From NCBI RefSeq assembly GCF_003334815.1, contig NZ_QOWO01000006.1: a DNA stretch of 64,000 nucleotides, one strand, 5' to 3'. Below the pieces are notes generated by a model that was not told the DNA's origin, made no database searches, and was given only the letters and a program-made list of their open reading frames with translations. The DNA is from Escherichia coli. Its GTDB lineage: Bacteria > Pseudomonadota > Gammaproteobacteria > Enterobacterales > Enterobacteriaceae. The translations under genes and the position numbers were made by a program. Positions within the stretch are counted from its first letter, which is position 1; the number at the start of each line of letters is the position of its first letter. Below are positions 46,653 to 57,895 of the stretch, piece by piece.

Positions 46653-47444
46653 ATGGGTAAACTCACGGGCAAGACAGCACTGATTACGGGCGCATTGCAG
46701 GGAATTGGCGAAGGAATTGCCAGAACTTTTGCACGTCATGGCGCGAACCTAATCTTGCTGGATATCTCCCCTGAGATCGAAAAGCTGGCGGACGAACTGT
46801 GTGGTCGTGGTCATCGCTGTACGGCGGTTGTCGCCGATGTGCGTGACCCGGCGTCGGTAGCCGCAGCTATCAAACGCGCGAAGGAAAAAGAAGGGCGCAT
46901 TGATATCCTGGTGAATAACGCAGGCGTTTGTCGTCTGGGCAGTTTCCTCGATATGAGCGATGACGATCGCGATTTCCATATTGACATCAATATTAAAGGC
47001 GTATGGAACGTCACGAAGGCGGTGCTGCCGGAGATGATTGCCCGCAAAGATGGTCGCATTGTGATGATGTCTTCAGTCACTGGTGATATGGTGGCCGATC
47101 CTGGCGAAACGGCGTACGCCTTAACGAAAGCGGCGATTGTTGGCCTGACAAAATCGCTGGCGGTGGAGTACGCGCAGTCTGGTATTCGCGTTAACGCCAT
47201 TTGCCCGGGATACGTGCGCACACCAATGGCGGAAAGCATTGCCCGCCAGTCGAACCCGGAAGATCCAGAGTCGGTGCTGACTGAAATGGCGAAAGCAATC
47301 CCGATGCGTCGCCTCGCCGATCCGCTGGAAGTCGGCGAACTGGCGGCCTTCCTCGCATCGGATGAATCCAGCTATTTAACCGGTACACAGAATGTGATTG
47401 ATGGCGGCAGCACACTGCCGGAGACGGTTAGCGTCGGTATCTGA
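46653..47444 (+). CDS. ucpA: Short-chain dehydrogenase/reductase UcpA
   Basis: ORF track 46587..47444; start trimmed to MGKLTGKTALITGALQGIG... (263 aa); TGxxxGxG Rossmann motif. Confidence 0.9.
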   Translation: MGKLTGKTALITGALQGIGEGIARTFARHGANLILLDISPEIEKLADELCGRGHRCTAVVADVRDPASVAAAIKRAKEKEGRIDILVNNAGVCRLGSFLDMSDDDRDFHIDINIKGVWNVTKAVLPEMIARKDGRIVMMSSVTGDMVADPGETAYALTKAAIVGLTKSLAVEYAQSGIRVNAICPGYVRTPMAESIARQSNPEDPESVLTEMAKAIPMRRLADPLEVGELAAFLASDESSYLTGTQNVIDGGSTLPETVSVGI

Positions 47445-47747
47445 TTCACCTCTGTTTCCTCCCTGCATTTGTGGGGAGGATTTCGTCTTGAACTAAGTTC
47501 ACCAGGCTATTTTATTTGTCATTTTGGCCCCGGGCAGTGCTCGAAATCCTCACGTACTATGTGTACGCTCCGGTTTCTCCGCGCTGTTCGTGTCCAAACT
47601 GACTGCAACAATTACGCCTGTTGAACCAAGTTCTTATTCCCTTTTCAACTTCCAAATCACCAAACGGTATATAAAACCGTTACTCCTTTCACGTCCGTTA
47701 TAAATATGATGGCTATTAGAAAGTCATTAAATTTATAAGGGTGCGCA

Positions 47748-48764
47748 ATGGCCGTTAACTTACTGAAAAAGAACTCACTCGCGCTGGTCGCTTCTCTGCT
47801 GCTGGCGGGCCATGTACAGGCAACGGAACTGCTGAACAGTTCTTATGACGTCTCCCGCGAGCTGTTTGCCGCCCTGAATCCGCCGTTTGAGCAACAATGG
47901 GCAAAAGATAACGGCGGCGACAAACTGACGATAAAACAATCTCATGCCGGGTCATCAAAACAGGCGCTGGCGATTTTACAGGGCTTAAAAGCCGACGTTG
48001 TCACTTATAACCAGGTGACCGACGTACAAATCCTGCACGATAAAGGCAAGCTGATCCCGGCCGACTGGCAGTCGCGCCTGCCGAATAATAGCTCGCCGTT
48101 CTACTCCACCATGGGCTTCCTGGTGCGTAAGGGTAACCCGAAGAATATCCACGATTGGAACGACCTGGTGCGCTCCGACGTGAAGCTGATTTTCCCGAAC
48201 CCGAAAACGTCGGGTAACGCGCGTTATACCTATCTGGCGGCATGGGGCGCAGCGGATAAAGCTGACGGTGGTGACAAAGGCAAAACCGAACAGTTTATGA
48301 CCCAGTTCCTGAAAAACGTTGAAGTGTTCGATACTGGCGGTCGTGGCGCGACCACCACTTTTGCCGAGCGCGGCCTGGGCGATGTGCTGATTAGCTTCGA
48401 ATCGGAAGTGAACAACATCCGTAAACAGTATGAAGCGCAGGGCTTTGAAGTGGTGATTCCGAAAACCAACATTCTGGCGGAATTCCCGGTGGCGTGGGTT
48501 GATAAAAACGTGCAGGCCAACGGTACGGAAAAAGCCGCCAAAGCCTATCTGAACTGGCTCTATAGCCCGCAGGCGCAAACCATCATCACCGACTATTACT
48601 ACCGCGTGAATAACCCGGAGGTGATGGACAAACTGAAAGACAAATTCCCGCAGACCGAGCTGTTCCGCGTGGAAGACAAATTTGGCTCCTGGCCGGAAGT
48701 GATGAAAACCCACTTCACCAGCGGCGGCGAGTTAGACAAGCTGTTAGCGGCGGGGCGTAACTGA
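47748..48764 (+). CDS. cysP: Thiosulfate/sulfate periplasmic binding protein
   Basis: 338-aa ORF with signal peptide. Confidence 0.95.
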
Positions 48765-49597
48765 TGTTTGCTGTCTCCTCCAGACGCGTGCTGCCGGGCT
48801 TTACCTTAAGCCTCGGCACCAGTCTGCTGTTTGTGTGCCTGATTTTGCTGCTGCCGCTCTCCGCGCTGGTGATGCAACTGGCCCAGATGAGCTGGGCGCA
48901 GTACTGGGAGGTGATCACCAACCCGCAGGTGGTCGCGGCCTACAAAGTAACGCTGCTGTCGGCGTTTGTGGCATCGATTTTTAACGGCGTTTTCGGTCTG
49001 CTGATGGCGTGGATCCTAACCCGCTATCGCTTCCCAGGCCGCACGCTGCTTGATGCGCTGATGGATTTACCCTTTGCGCTGCCAACGGCTGTCGCCGGTT
49101 TAACGCTGGCCTCGCTCTTTTCCGTAAACGGTTTTTACGGTGAATGGCTGGCGAAGTTTGATATCAAAGTCACCTATACATGGCTGGGGATTGCGGTGGC
49201 TATGGCCTTTACCAGCATTCCGTTTGTGGTGCGTACCGTGCAGCCGGTGCTGGAAGAGTTAGGCCCGGAATATGAAGAAGCGGCGGAAACGCTTGGTGCA
49301 ACGCGCTGGCAGAGTTTCTGCAAAGTGGTGCTGCCGGAGCTTTCTCCGGCGCTGGTGGCGGGCGTGGCGCTGTCGTTTACCCGTAGTCTTGGTGAATTTG
49401 GCGCGGTGATTTTTATCGCCGGAAATATCGCGTGGAAGACGGAAGTGACGTCGCTGATGATTTTTGTGCGCTTACAGGAGTTTGATTACCCGGCAGCGAG
49501 CGCGATTGCTTCGGTGATCCTCGCGGCATCTCTGCTGCTGCTGTTCTCAATTAACACTCTGCAAAGTCGCTTTGGTCGGCGTGTGGTAGGTCATTAA
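48764..49597 (+). CDS. cysU: Sulfate/thiosulfate ABC transporter permease
   Basis: 277-aa ORF; 1-nt overlap with cysP. Confidence 0.95.
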   Translation: MFAVSSRRVLPGFTLSLGTSLLFVCLILLLPLSALVMQLAQMSWAQYWEVITNPQVVAAYKVTLLSAFVASIFNGVFGLLMAWILTRYRFPGRTLLDALMDLPFALPTAVAGLTLASLFSVNGFYGEWLAKFDIKVTYTWLGIAVAMAFTSIPFVVRTVQPVLEELGPEYEEAAETLGATRWQSFCKVVLPELSPALVAGVALSFTRSLGEFGAVIFIAGNIAWKTEVTSLMIFVRLQEFDYPAASAIASVILAASLLLLFSINTLQSRFGRRVVGH

Positions 49598-50472
49598 TGG
49601 CGGAAGTTACCCAATTGAAGCGTTATGACGCGCGCCCGATTAACTGGGGCAAATGGTTTCTGATTGGCATCGGGATGCTGGTTTCGGCGTTCATCCTGCT
49701 GGTGCCGATGATTTACATCTTCGTGCAGGCATTCAGCAAGGGGCTGATGCCGGTTTTACAGAATCTGGCCGATCCGGACATGCTGCACGCCATCTGGCTG
49801 ACGGTGATGATCGCGCTGATTGCCGTACCGGTAAACCTGGTGTTCGGCATTCTGCTGGCCTGGCTGGTGACGCGCTTTAACTTCCCTGGACGCCAGTTAC
49901 TGCTGACGCTACTGGACATTCCGTTTGCCGTATCGCCGGTGGTTGCCGGTCTGGTGTATTTGCTGTTCTACGGCTCTAACGGCCCGCTCGGCGGTTGGCT
50001 CGACGAGCATAACCTGCAAATTATGTTCTCCTGGCCGGGAATGGTGCTGGTCACCATCTTCGTGACGTGTCCGTTTGTGGTGCGCGAACTGGTGCCGGTG
50101 ATGTTAAGCCAAGGCAGCCAGGAAGACGAAGCGGCGATTTTGCTTGGCGCGTCCGGCTGGCAGATGTTCCGTCGCGTCACATTACCGAACATCCGCTGGG
50201 CGCTGCTTTATGGCGTGGTGTTGACCAACGCCCGCGCAATTGGCGAGTTTGGCGCGGTGTCGGTGGTTTCCGGCTCGATTCGCGGCGAAACCCTGTCGCT
50301 GCCGTTACAGATTGAATTGCTGGAGCAGGACTACAACACCGTCGGCTCCTTTACCGCTGCGGCGCTGTTAACGCTGATGGCGATTATCACCCTGTTTTTA
50401 AAAAGTATGTTGCAGTGGCGCCTGGAGAATCAGGAAAAACGCGCACAGCAGGAGGAACATCATGAGCATTGA
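49597..50472 (+). CDS. cysW: Sulfate/thiosulfate ABC transporter permease
   Basis: 291-aa ORF; 1-nt overlap with cysU. Confidence 0.95.
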   Translation: MAEVTQLKRYDARPINWGKWFLIGIGMLVSAFILLVPMIYIFVQAFSKGLMPVLQNLADPDMLHAIWLTVMIALIAVPVNLVFGILLAWLVTRFNFPGRQLLLTLLDIPFAVSPVVAGLVYLLFYGSNGPLGGWLDEHNLQIMFSWPGMVLVTIFVTCPFVVRELVPVMLSQGSQEDEAAILLGASGWQMFRRVTLPNIRWALLYGVVLTNARAIGEFGAVSVVSGSIRGETLSLPLQIELLEQDYNTVGSFTAAALLTLMAIITLFLKSMLQWRLENQEKRAQQEEHHEH

Positions 50473-51559
50473 GATTGCCAATATTAAGAAGTCGTTTGGT
50501 CGCACCCAGGTGCTGAACGATATCTCACTGGATATTCCTTCAGGTCAGATGGTCGCGTTGCTGGGGCCGTCCGGTTCCGGGAAAACCACGCTGCTGCGCA
50601 TTATCGCCGGGCTGGAGCATCAAACCAGCGGGCATATTCGCTTCCACGGCACCGACGTGAGCCGCCTGCACGCACGTGATCGTAAAGTCGGTTTCGTGTT
50701 CCAGCATTACGCGCTGTTCCGCCATATGACGGTGTTCGACAATATCGCTTTTGGCCTGACGGTGCTGCCGCGTCGCGAGCGCCCGAATGCCGCAGCCATC
50801 AAAGCGAAAGTGACAAAATTGCTGGAAATGGTCCAGCTTGCCCATCTGGCGGATCGTTATCCGGCGCAGCTTTCCGGCGGCCAGAAACAGCGCGTGGCGC
50901 TGGCGCGCGCGCTGGCTGTGGAACCGCAAATTCTGCTGCTTGATGAACCGTTTGGCGCGCTGGATGCGCAGGTGCGTAAAGAGCTGCGTCGCTGGCTGCG
51001 TCAACTCCATGAAGAACTAAAATTCACCAGCGTTTTTGTGACCCACGATCAGGAAGAAGCGACCGAAGTAGCTGATCGTGTAGTTGTGATGAGCCAGGGC
51101 AATATTGAACAGGCTGACGCGCCGGATCAGGTATGGCGCGAACCGGCGACCCGTTTTGTGCTCGAATTTATGGGCGAAGTGAACCGCCTGCAGGGAACCA
51201 TTCGCGGCGGGCAGTTCCATGTTGGCGCGCATCGCTGGCCGCTGGGCTACACACCTGCGTATCAGGGGCCGGTGGATCTCTTCCTGCGCCCTTGGGAAGT
51301 GGATATCAGCCGCCGTACCAGCCTCGATTCGCCGCTGCCGGTACAGGTACTGGAAGCCAGCCCGAAAGGTCACTACACCCAATTAGTGGTGCAGCCGCTG
51401 GGGTGGTACAACGAACCGCTGACGGTCGTGATGCATGGCGACGATGCCCCGCAGCGTGGCGAGCGTTTATTCGTTGGTCTGCAACATGCGCGGCTGTATA
51501 ACGGCGACGAGCGTATCGAAACCCGCGATGAGGAACTTGCTCTCGCACAAAGCGCCTGA
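50462..51559 (+). CDS. cysA: Sulfate/thiosulfate ABC transporter ATP-binding protein
   Basis: 365-aa ORF; Walker [10 protein letters not shown] and LSGGQ signature; 11-nt overlap with cysW. Confidence 0.95.
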   Translation: MSIEIANIKKSFGRTQVLNDISLDIPSGQMVALLGPSGSGKTTLLRIIAGLEHQTSGHIRFHGTDVSRLHARDRKVGFVFQHYALFRHMTVFDNIAFGLTVLPRRERPNAAAIKAKVTKLLEMVQLAHLADRYPAQLSGGQKQRVALARALAVEPQILLLDEPFGALDAQVRKELRRWLRQLHEELKFTSVFVTHDQEEATEVADRVVVMSQGNIEQADAPDQVWREPATRFVLEFMGEVNRLQGTIRGGQFHVGAHRWPLGYTPAYQGPVDLFLRPWEVDISRRTSLDSPLPVQVLEASPKGHYTQLVVQPLGWYNEPLTVVMHGDDAPQRGERLFVGLQHARLYNGDERIETRDEELALAQSA

Positions 51560-51580
51560 TAGGTTGAGTGAATGTTAAAC

Positions 51581-51613
51581 GCCCGGAGGCGCTTCCCGCG
51601 ATCCGGGCTTTTT
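51581..51613 (+). terminator. Terminator-like hairpin with T-tract between cysA and cysM
   Basis: GCCCGGA...TCCGGGC followed by TTTTT. Confidence 0.5.
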
Positions 51614-51633
51614 AATGGCAAGGTTTGTAACCT

Positions 51634-51669
51634 GTAGACCTGATAAGACGCGCAAGCGTCGCATCAGGC
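51634..51669. repeat. Single REP element between cysA and cysM
   Basis: GTAGACCTGATAAGACGCGCAAGCGTCGCATCAGGC. Confidence 0.8.
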
Positions 51670-51692
51670 AACACCACGTATGGATAGAGATC

Positions 51693-52604
51693 GTGAGTAC
51701 ATTAGAACAAACAATAGGCAATACGCCTCTGGTGAAGTTGCAGCGAATGGGGCCGGATAACGGCAGTGAAGTGTGGTTAAAACTGGAAGGCAATAACCCG
51801 GCAGGTTCGGTGAAAGATCGTGCGGCACTTTCGATGATCGTCGAGGCGGAAAAGCGCGGGGAAATTAAACCGGGTGATGTCTTAATCGAAGCCACCAGTG
51901 GTAACACCGGCATTGCGCTGGCAATGATTGCCGCGCTGAAAGGCTATCGCATGAAATTGCTGATGCCCGACAACATGAGCCAGGAACGCCGTGCGGCGAT
52001 GCGTGCTTATGGTGCGGAACTGATTCTTGTCACCAAAGAGCAGGGCATGGAAGGTGCGCGCGATCTGGCGCTGGAGATGGCGAATCGTGGCGAAGGAAAG
52101 CTGCTCGATCAGTTCAATAATCCCGATAACCCTTATGCGCATTACACCACCACTGGGCCGGAAATCTGGCAGCAAACCGGCGGGCGCATCACTCATTTTG
52201 TCTCCAGCATGGGGACGACCGGCACTATCACCGGCGTCTCACGCTTTATGCGCGAACAATCCAAACCGGTGACCATTGTCGGCCTGCAACCGGAAGAGGG
52301 CAGCAGCATTCCCGGCATTCGCCGCTGGCCTACGGAATATCTGCCGGGGATTTTCAACGCTTCTATGGTGGATGAGGTGCTGGATATTCATCAGCGCGAT
52401 GCGGAAAACACCATGCGCGAACTGGCGGTGCGGGAAGGAATATTCTGTGGCGTCAGCTCCGGCGGCGCGGTTGCCGGAGCACTGCGGGTGGCAAAAGCTA
52501 ACCCTGACGCGGTGGTGGTGGCGATCATCTGCGATCGTGGCGATCGCTACCTTTCTACCGGGGTGTTTGGGGAAGAGCATTTTAGCCAGGGGGCGGGGAT
52601 TTAA
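51693..52604 (+). CDS. cysM: Cysteine synthase B (O-acetylserine sulfhydrylase B)
   Basis: ORF track 51615..52604 begins inside the REP; trimmed to the GTG at 51693 giving (M)STLEQTIGNTPLVKL..., 303 aa. Confidence 0.9.
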   Translation: MSTLEQTIGNTPLVKLQRMGPDNGSEVWLKLEGNNPAGSVKDRAALSMIVEAEKRGEIKPGDVLIEATSGNTGIALAMIAALKGYRMKLLMPDNMSQERRAAMRAYGAELILVTKEQGMEGARDLALEMANRGEGKLLDQFNNPDNPYAHYTTTGPEIWQQTGGRITHFVSSMGTTGTITGVSRFMREQSKPVTIVGLQPEEGSSIPGIRRWPTEYLPGIFNASMVDEVLDIHQRDAENTMRELAVREGIFCGVSSGGAVAGALRVAKANPDAVVVAIICDRGDRYLSTGVFGEEHFSQGAGI

Positions 52605-52643
52605 GGATTAATAGCATCGGAGACTGATGACAAACGCAAAACT

Positions 52644-52741
<98 letters not shown>

Positions 52742-52792
52742 ATAAACAAAGCGCACTTTTTTAACAGTTGTTGCTGCCGACAAATGCAGTAT

Positions 52793-53527
52793 TTAATTTT
52801 CGTGAGGAAACGCCGTAAGGTCATCAATCATTTTTTGAAGTATTGGTGAGTCCTGACCGTCACCCCATTGAAGAATTTTTGCGGTAAGCTGATGACGCGC
52901 TAGTGCATTGAGTCCCATCTTTTTAAGTTTATGGGAGATTTTACCCATGACTTTAATCTGACCGAATGCAGTTGCGTAGGTAATCATATTGCTCTGGATA
53001 GTGCTCATTTCATCGACTAGTAATTGCGCACGAACATCCTCTTCAAGAATACTGTCCATAGCGATGTATTTCATACCCCACATAGTTTCAATTAACATTT
53101 GAGGGAAATCAGCACAGTCCAGATCCGGCTCTTTACGGAGGCTATTTTCAAGAACGTTTAGAGCATCAGCACCTTCATCGCTGCCAAAAGGAGATTCTTC
53201 ATCCCAGCAACACATATAAAGTGGATCAGTAAAATGGCACTGGAAGTTTGGGTGTGACGTTTTAACATGTAACCCAATTTCTTCATCATCAAAATAGTAG
53301 CGATCCATGAAGTTAAACTTTGGATCTTCTTGATAGCCTTTCTTCATTTTTGCGGCAATCAATTTACTGGCTTCTTTCAGACACTGTTCTTCATTATCGA
53401 ACTCTTTTGTCTGGAATTTACCAATACTACCTACCTTGCCATAGTTGACAGCTAAACTATCCCCTTCGTAATCTATCCACCAAAATTTATTCGATTTTTC
53501 ATCGTGATAAATAAAGCGTTTTTTCAT
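52793..53527 (-). CDS. yfeS: WGR-domain protein of unknown function YfeS
   Basis: 244-aa ORF; N-terminal ~75 aa resemble a WGR domain (NKFWWIDYEG...VNYGKVGSIGKFQTKEF...KMKKGY). Confidence 0.85.
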   Translation of the reverse strand: MKKRFIYHDEKSNKFWWIDYEGDSLAVNYGKVGSIGKFQTKEFDNEEQCLKEASKLIAAKMKKGYQEDPKFNFMDRYYFDDEEIGLHVKTSHPNFQCHFTDPLYMCCWDEESPFGSDEGADALNVLENSLRKEPDLDCADFPQMLIETMWGMKYIAMDSILEEDVRAQLLVDEMSTIQSNMITYATAFGQIKVMGKISHKLKKMGLNALARHQLTAKILQWGDGQDSPILQKMIDDLTAFPHEN

Positions 53528-53559
53528 GTTACCTCCTGTAAATGCCTTCCCAAAGCGGA

Positions 53560-53934
53560 TTAATTTCCTTCCGCAGGCACCGTTTTATCCGTCTGCGCAA
53601 TTAACGCATGTAAAAAAGGCTGTGCGTTCTCATCGCTCTTACCGGGGATCTTCACAATATACGGCTTCCCAGTAATCGATGACGACGAAGCAACCTTATC
53701 AATAAACTGCTCGGCAGTGTCAATGCGGTTACGGGTATTGCCGAGCTTCAGACGCAGATGAGAAACCGCTTCATAGCAGGTATGTTCATCACCGTTGCGC
53801 ACAAATATCAAATCCTTTTTCTGTGCTAATCCCTCCAGCATGGCGTTGATGCGGGCTTCTTCATGGGCAGTTAACTTCGCGTAAACGGGGAGTGTCATTA
53901 GTAGTGTAATGACCAGACAAATGATTTTCTTCAT
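53560..53934 (-). CDS. yfeK: Exported protein of unknown function YfeK
   Basis: 124-aa ORF with signal peptide [19 protein letters not shown]; 32 bp upstream of yfeS. Confidence 0.85.
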
Positions 53935-53959
53935 TGAATTACCTTATCCTTGTTTTGTG

Positions 53960-54002
<43 letters not shown>

Positions 54003-54038
54003 TTACGATGAGGATCATCGGCAAGGAGAAAAAATTAA

Positions 54039-54890
54039 ATGAGTAGTTTGTTGTTGTTTAACGATAAGAGTAGGGCACTGCAGGCGGATATCGTCGCCGT
54101 GCAGTCGCAGGTGGTTTACGGCAGCGTGGGCAACAGCATTGCCGTGCCTGCTATCAAACAGAACGGCCTGAATGTCTTTGCCGTGCCGACGGTATTGCTG
54201 AGCAATACGCCGCATTATGACACTTTCTACGGTGGTGCGATTCCGGACGAATGGTTTAGCGGCTATTTGCGTGCGCTTCAGGAGCGTGATGCGCTGCGCC
54301 AACTTCGTGCTGTAACCACGGGCTATATGGGAACGGCATCGCAAATCAAAATCCTTGCCGAGTGGCTGACTGCGCTACGCAAAGACCATCCTGACCTATT
54401 GATCATGGTCGATCCGGTGATTGGCGATATTGATAGCGGAATTTATGTCAAACCTGACCTTCCCGAAGCGTATCGACAATATTTACTGCCGCTGGCGCAG
54501 GGAATTACCCCCAATATCTTTGAGTTGGAAATCCTGACCGGTAAAAATTGCCGCGATCTCGACAGTGCCATTGCTGCCGCAAAAAGTCTGCTTTCAGACA
54601 CATTAAAATGGGTGGTGGTTACCAGCGCCTCCGGTAATGAAGAAAATCAGGAGATGCAGGTTGTGGTGGTCACTGCCGACAGCGTGAATGTCATTTCCCA
54701 TTCACGGGTAAAAACCGACCTGAAAGGGACTGGCGACCTGTTTTGTGCTCAGCTCATCAGTGGCTTGCTGAAAGGGAAGGCGTTAACCGATGCAGTGCAC
54801 CGAGCGGGGTTGCGCGTACTGGAAGTGATGCGCTACACCCAGCAGCATGAGAGCGATGAATTGATTTTGCCGCCGCTGGCGGAAGCATAA
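54039..54890 (+). CDS. pdxK: Pyridoxal/pyridoxine/pyridoxamine kinase
   Basis: 283-aa ORF, ribokinase-like fold. Confidence 0.93.
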   Translation: MSSLLLFNDKSRALQADIVAVQSQVVYGSVGNSIAVPAIKQNGLNVFAVPTVLLSNTPHYDTFYGGAIPDEWFSGYLRALQERDALRQLRAVTTGYMGTASQIKILAEWLTALRKDHPDLLIMVDPVIGDIDSGIYVKPDLPEAYRQYLLPLAQGITPNIFELEILTGKNCRDLDSAIAAAKSLLSDTLKWVVVTSASGNEENQEMQVVVVTADSVNVISHSRVKTDLKGTGDLFCAQLISGLLKGKALTDAVHRAGLRVLEVMRYTQQHESDELILPPLAEA

Positions 54891-54918
54891 AAAAATGGCG
54901 CCGATGGGCGCCATTTTT
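54889..54918. terminator. Bidirectional rho-independent terminator shared by pdxK (+) and crr (-)
   Basis: AAAAAAA-TGGCGCC-GATG-GGCGCCA-TTTTT. Confidence 0.85.
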
Positions 54919-54932
54919 CACTGCGGCAAGAA

Positions 54933-55442
54933 TTACTTCTTGATGCGGATAACCGGGGTTTCACCCACGGTTACGCTACCGGACAGTTTGATCAGTTCTT
55001 TGATTTCGTCCATGTTGGAGATAACAACCGGAGTCAGGGTAGACTTGGCTTTCTCTTCCAGCAGCGGCAGATCAAATTCAATGACAGTATCGCCAACTTT
55101 CACGCGCTGACCTTCTTCAGCAATACGCTTGAAGCCTTCGCCTTTCAGTTCAACGGTGTCGATACCGAAGTGGACGAACAGTTCAACGCCGCTATCAGAT
55201 TCGATAGAGAATGCGTGGTTGGTTTCAAAGATTTTACCAATGGTGCCGTCTACTGGCGCGACCATTTTGTTACCCGTTGGTTTGATAGCAATACCATCAC
55301 CAACGATTTTTTCCGCAAAAACGACATCCGGCACGTCTTCGATATTGACGATCTCGCCAGAGAGCGGAGCAATGATCTCAATAGTTCCGGTATCCTTCTT
55401 GTCGTCGGAAACCAGAGATTTCAGTTTATCGAACAAACCCAT
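54933..55442 (-). CDS. crr: PTS glucose-specific EIIA component
   Basis: 169-aa [39 protein letters not shown]... Confidence 0.97.
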
Positions 55443-55482
55443 GATCTTCTCCTAAGCAGTAAATTGGGCCGCATCTCGTGGA

Positions 55483-57210
55483 TTAGCAGATTGTTTTTTC
55501 TTCAATGAACTTGTTAACCAGCGTCATTAACTCGTCCGTTGTCGGTTGAGCAAGAGCCTGCTCTGCTAACACCTTCGCATCTTCGAAGTTCGTGTTACGG
55601 ATAATCTTCTTAATGCGCGGGATAGAAATGGCGCTCATAGAGAATTCGTCCAGACCCATCCCCAGCAACAGAAGTGTAGCACGTTCATCGCCAGCAAGCT
55701 CACCACACATGCCAGTCCATTTGCCTTCAGCATGAGAAGCATCAATAACTTGCTTGATCAAGTTCAGCACGGACGGTGACATTGGCTGGTAAAGGTGTGA
55801 AATCATATCATTACCACGGTCAACTGCCAGAGTGTACTGCGTTAAATCATTGGTGCCGATACTAAAGAAATCAACTTCTTTGGCTAAATGACGTGCAATT
55901 GTTGCGGCAGCCGGTGTTTCCACCATTACGCCGATTTCAATTGACTCGTCAAACGCTTTACCTTCGTCGCGCAGTTCCTGTTTGTAGATTTCGATCTCTT
56001 TGCGCAGTGCACGCACTTCTTCAACAGAGATGATCATCGGGAACATAATGCGCAATTTACCGAAAGCCGAGGCACGCAGGATAGCGCGGAGCTGATCGCG
56101 CAGGATCTCTCTACGATCCATCGCGATACGGATAGCGCGCCAGCCGAGGAACGGGTTCTCTTCTTTCGGGAAGTTCATGTATGGCAGCTCTTTGTCGCCG
56201 CCGATGTCCATGGTACGAACGATAACCGCTTGCGAGCCACACGCTTCAGCCACTGCTTTGTAAGCAGCAAACTGTTCTTCTTCAGTGGGCAGTGCGTCGC
56301 GGTCCATGAACAGGAACTCAGTACGATACAGACCAACGCCTTCAGCGCCGTTACGCTCTGCACCTTCAACGTCACGAACCGTACCAATGTTAGCGCATAC
56401 TTCTACCTGGTGACCGTCCAGCGTAATAGCTGGCAGATCTTTCAGTTTAGCAAGCTCTGCTTTTTCAGAAGCCACTTGCTCCTGAACAGCGCGCATTTTA
56501 TCAATAACTTCGTTGGTTGGATTGACGTAAACCTGATTATTTACGGCATCCAGAATCAGATAGTCGTCATTTTTCACCTGAGAGGTGACGCTACCGGTAC
56601 CCACGATAGCAGGTAGTTCCAGAGAACGCGCCATGATAGAGGTGTGGGAAGTACGGCCACCCGCGTCGGTGATGAAACCCAGCACCTTCTTCAGGTTCAG
56701 CTGTGCGGTTTCGGACGGCGTCAGGTCAGCGGCAACCAGAATGACTTCATCCTGAATGGCGCTCAGGTCGATAATCTTCAGGCCCAGGATGTTGCGCAGC
56801 AGGCGCTTACCGATATCACGTACGTCAGCCGCACGTTCTTTCAGGTATTCATCATCCAGCTCTTCCAGGGCAGAAGCCTGACCTTCGATAACTTCATGAG
56901 CAGCTGCGTCAGCTGTCATGTGCTTATCTTTAATCAGGGCTATGATTTCCTGCTCCAGCTCCTCATCTTCGAGCAGCATAATATGCCCTTCAAAGATGGC
57001 TTCTTTTTCTTCACCGAACGTTTCACCAGCTTTCGTTTTGATCGTTTCCAGCTGGGCTGATGCCTTGGCACGACCGCTCAGAAAACGTTCAACTTCCTGA
57101 TCAACCTGGTCGGCAGAAATTTTTTTCCGGTCAATGACAATTTCGTCTTCTTTCAGAAGCAGAGCTTTACCGAAAGCGATACCCGGGGATGCTAAAATGC
57201 CTGAAATCAT
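55483..57210 (-). CDS. ptsI: PTS enzyme I (phosphoenolpyruvate-protein phosphotransferase)
   Basis: 575-aa ORF. Confidence 0.97.
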   Translation of the reverse strand: MISGILASPGIAFGKALLLKEDEIVIDRKKISADQVDQEVERFLSGRAKASAQLETIKTKAGETFGEEKEAIFEGHIMLLEDEELEQEIIALIKDKHMTADAAAHEVIEGQASALEELDDEYLKERAADVRDIGKRLLRNILGLKIIDLSAIQDEVILVAADLTPSETAQLNLKKVLGFITDAGGRTSHTSIMARSLELPAIVGTGSVTSQVKNDDYLILDAVNNQVYVNPTNEVIDKMRAVQEQVASEKAELAKLKDLPAITLDGHQVEVCANIGTVRDVEGAERNGAEGVGLYRTEFLFMDRDALPTEEEQFAAYKAVAEACGSQAVIVRTMDIGGDKELPYMNFPKEENPFLGWRAIRIAMDRREILRDQLRAILRASAFGKLRIMFPMIISVEEVRALRKEIEIYKQELRDEGKAFDESIEIGVMVETPAAATIARHLAKEVDFFSIGTNDLTQYTLAVDRGNDMISHLYQPMSPSVLNLIKQVIDASHAEGKWTGMCGELAGDERATLLLLGMGLDEFSMSAISIPRIKKIIRNTNFEDAKVLAEQALAQPTTDELMTLVNKFIEEKTIC

Positions 57211-57254
57211 AACCCTACCTTACTTGTGACTGATTTTTAAAAGAACCCGGGAAA

Positions 57255-57512
57255 TTACTCGAGTTCCGCCATCAGTTTAACCAGATGTTCAACCGCTTTC
57301 TGCTCGTCTTCGCCTTCTGCGGAGATAGTCACAACGGTACCTTGAGTCAGGCCCAGAGTCTGCAGTTTAAACAGGCTTTTCGCGCTGGCGCTTTTGCCGT
57401 TGGAAGTCACAGTAATTTCAGAAGTGAAGCCCTTAGCTTCTTTTACAAACTGGGCAGCAGGGCGGGTGTGCAGACCGTTCGGAGCGGTAATGGTAACTTC
57501 TTGCTGGAACAT
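57255..57512 (-). CDS. ptsH: PTS phosphocarrier protein HPr
   Basis: 85-aa [30 protein letters not shown]... Confidence 0.97.
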
Positions 57513-57844
57513 TGTATTTCCCCAACTTATAGGTTTAGTGTTGTGGAACTAAAGTCTAGCCTGGCGGTTCGACTTTAGCCTGTATTGTTAGCGCCAGTTT
57601 TTAACAGACGCGACGCACGAAGAGCGCAATACAGTCCATTGCTGGCGGGTGTTGACCGCTGACGTTTCGTACGTCATTAAACATTATGCCGCTAAAGGAA
57701 GAATTGAACCAAATCATAAAATCGATTCAGCTTTGGCTTTTCCTGTAACGATTAATTTCGCGCATCAAAATAATTAGTCTGGTTAAATACCAGTTCCGAC
57801 AGGCTGAATCAATGCCAGGAGGGGCGAAAGTTTGAAGCAGGCCA

Positions 57845-57873
57845 CAAAAAAGCACCTAAAAAGGTGCTTTTTT
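57845..57873. terminator. Rho-independent terminator downstream of cysK
   Basis: AAAAAA-AGCACC-TAAAAA-GGTGCT-TTTTT, 20 bp beyond the cysK stop. Confidence 0.8.
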
Positions 57874-57895
57874 ACGCATTTTTAACAAGCTGGCA

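Noticed and set aside
51615-51692. N-terminal extensions in the ORF track that begin inside REP elements or upstream spacers (e.g. cysM from 51615, eutM from 25574, ypeA from 39027, murR from 45412, tktB to 18493, yfeW to 43261)
   Set aside because: The extensions translate REP or spacer sequence (e.g. CRPDKTRKRRIRQ), lack ribosome-binding sites, and give proteins longer than the expected family members. The internal starts have good ribosome-binding sites and give the expected lengths.
57513-57895. The 383-bp ptsH-cysK spacer as a candidate small-RNA locus
   Set aside because: The length is explained by the known multi-promoter ptsH control region plus the cysK terminator. I could not identify an independent promoter-terminator pair within it.
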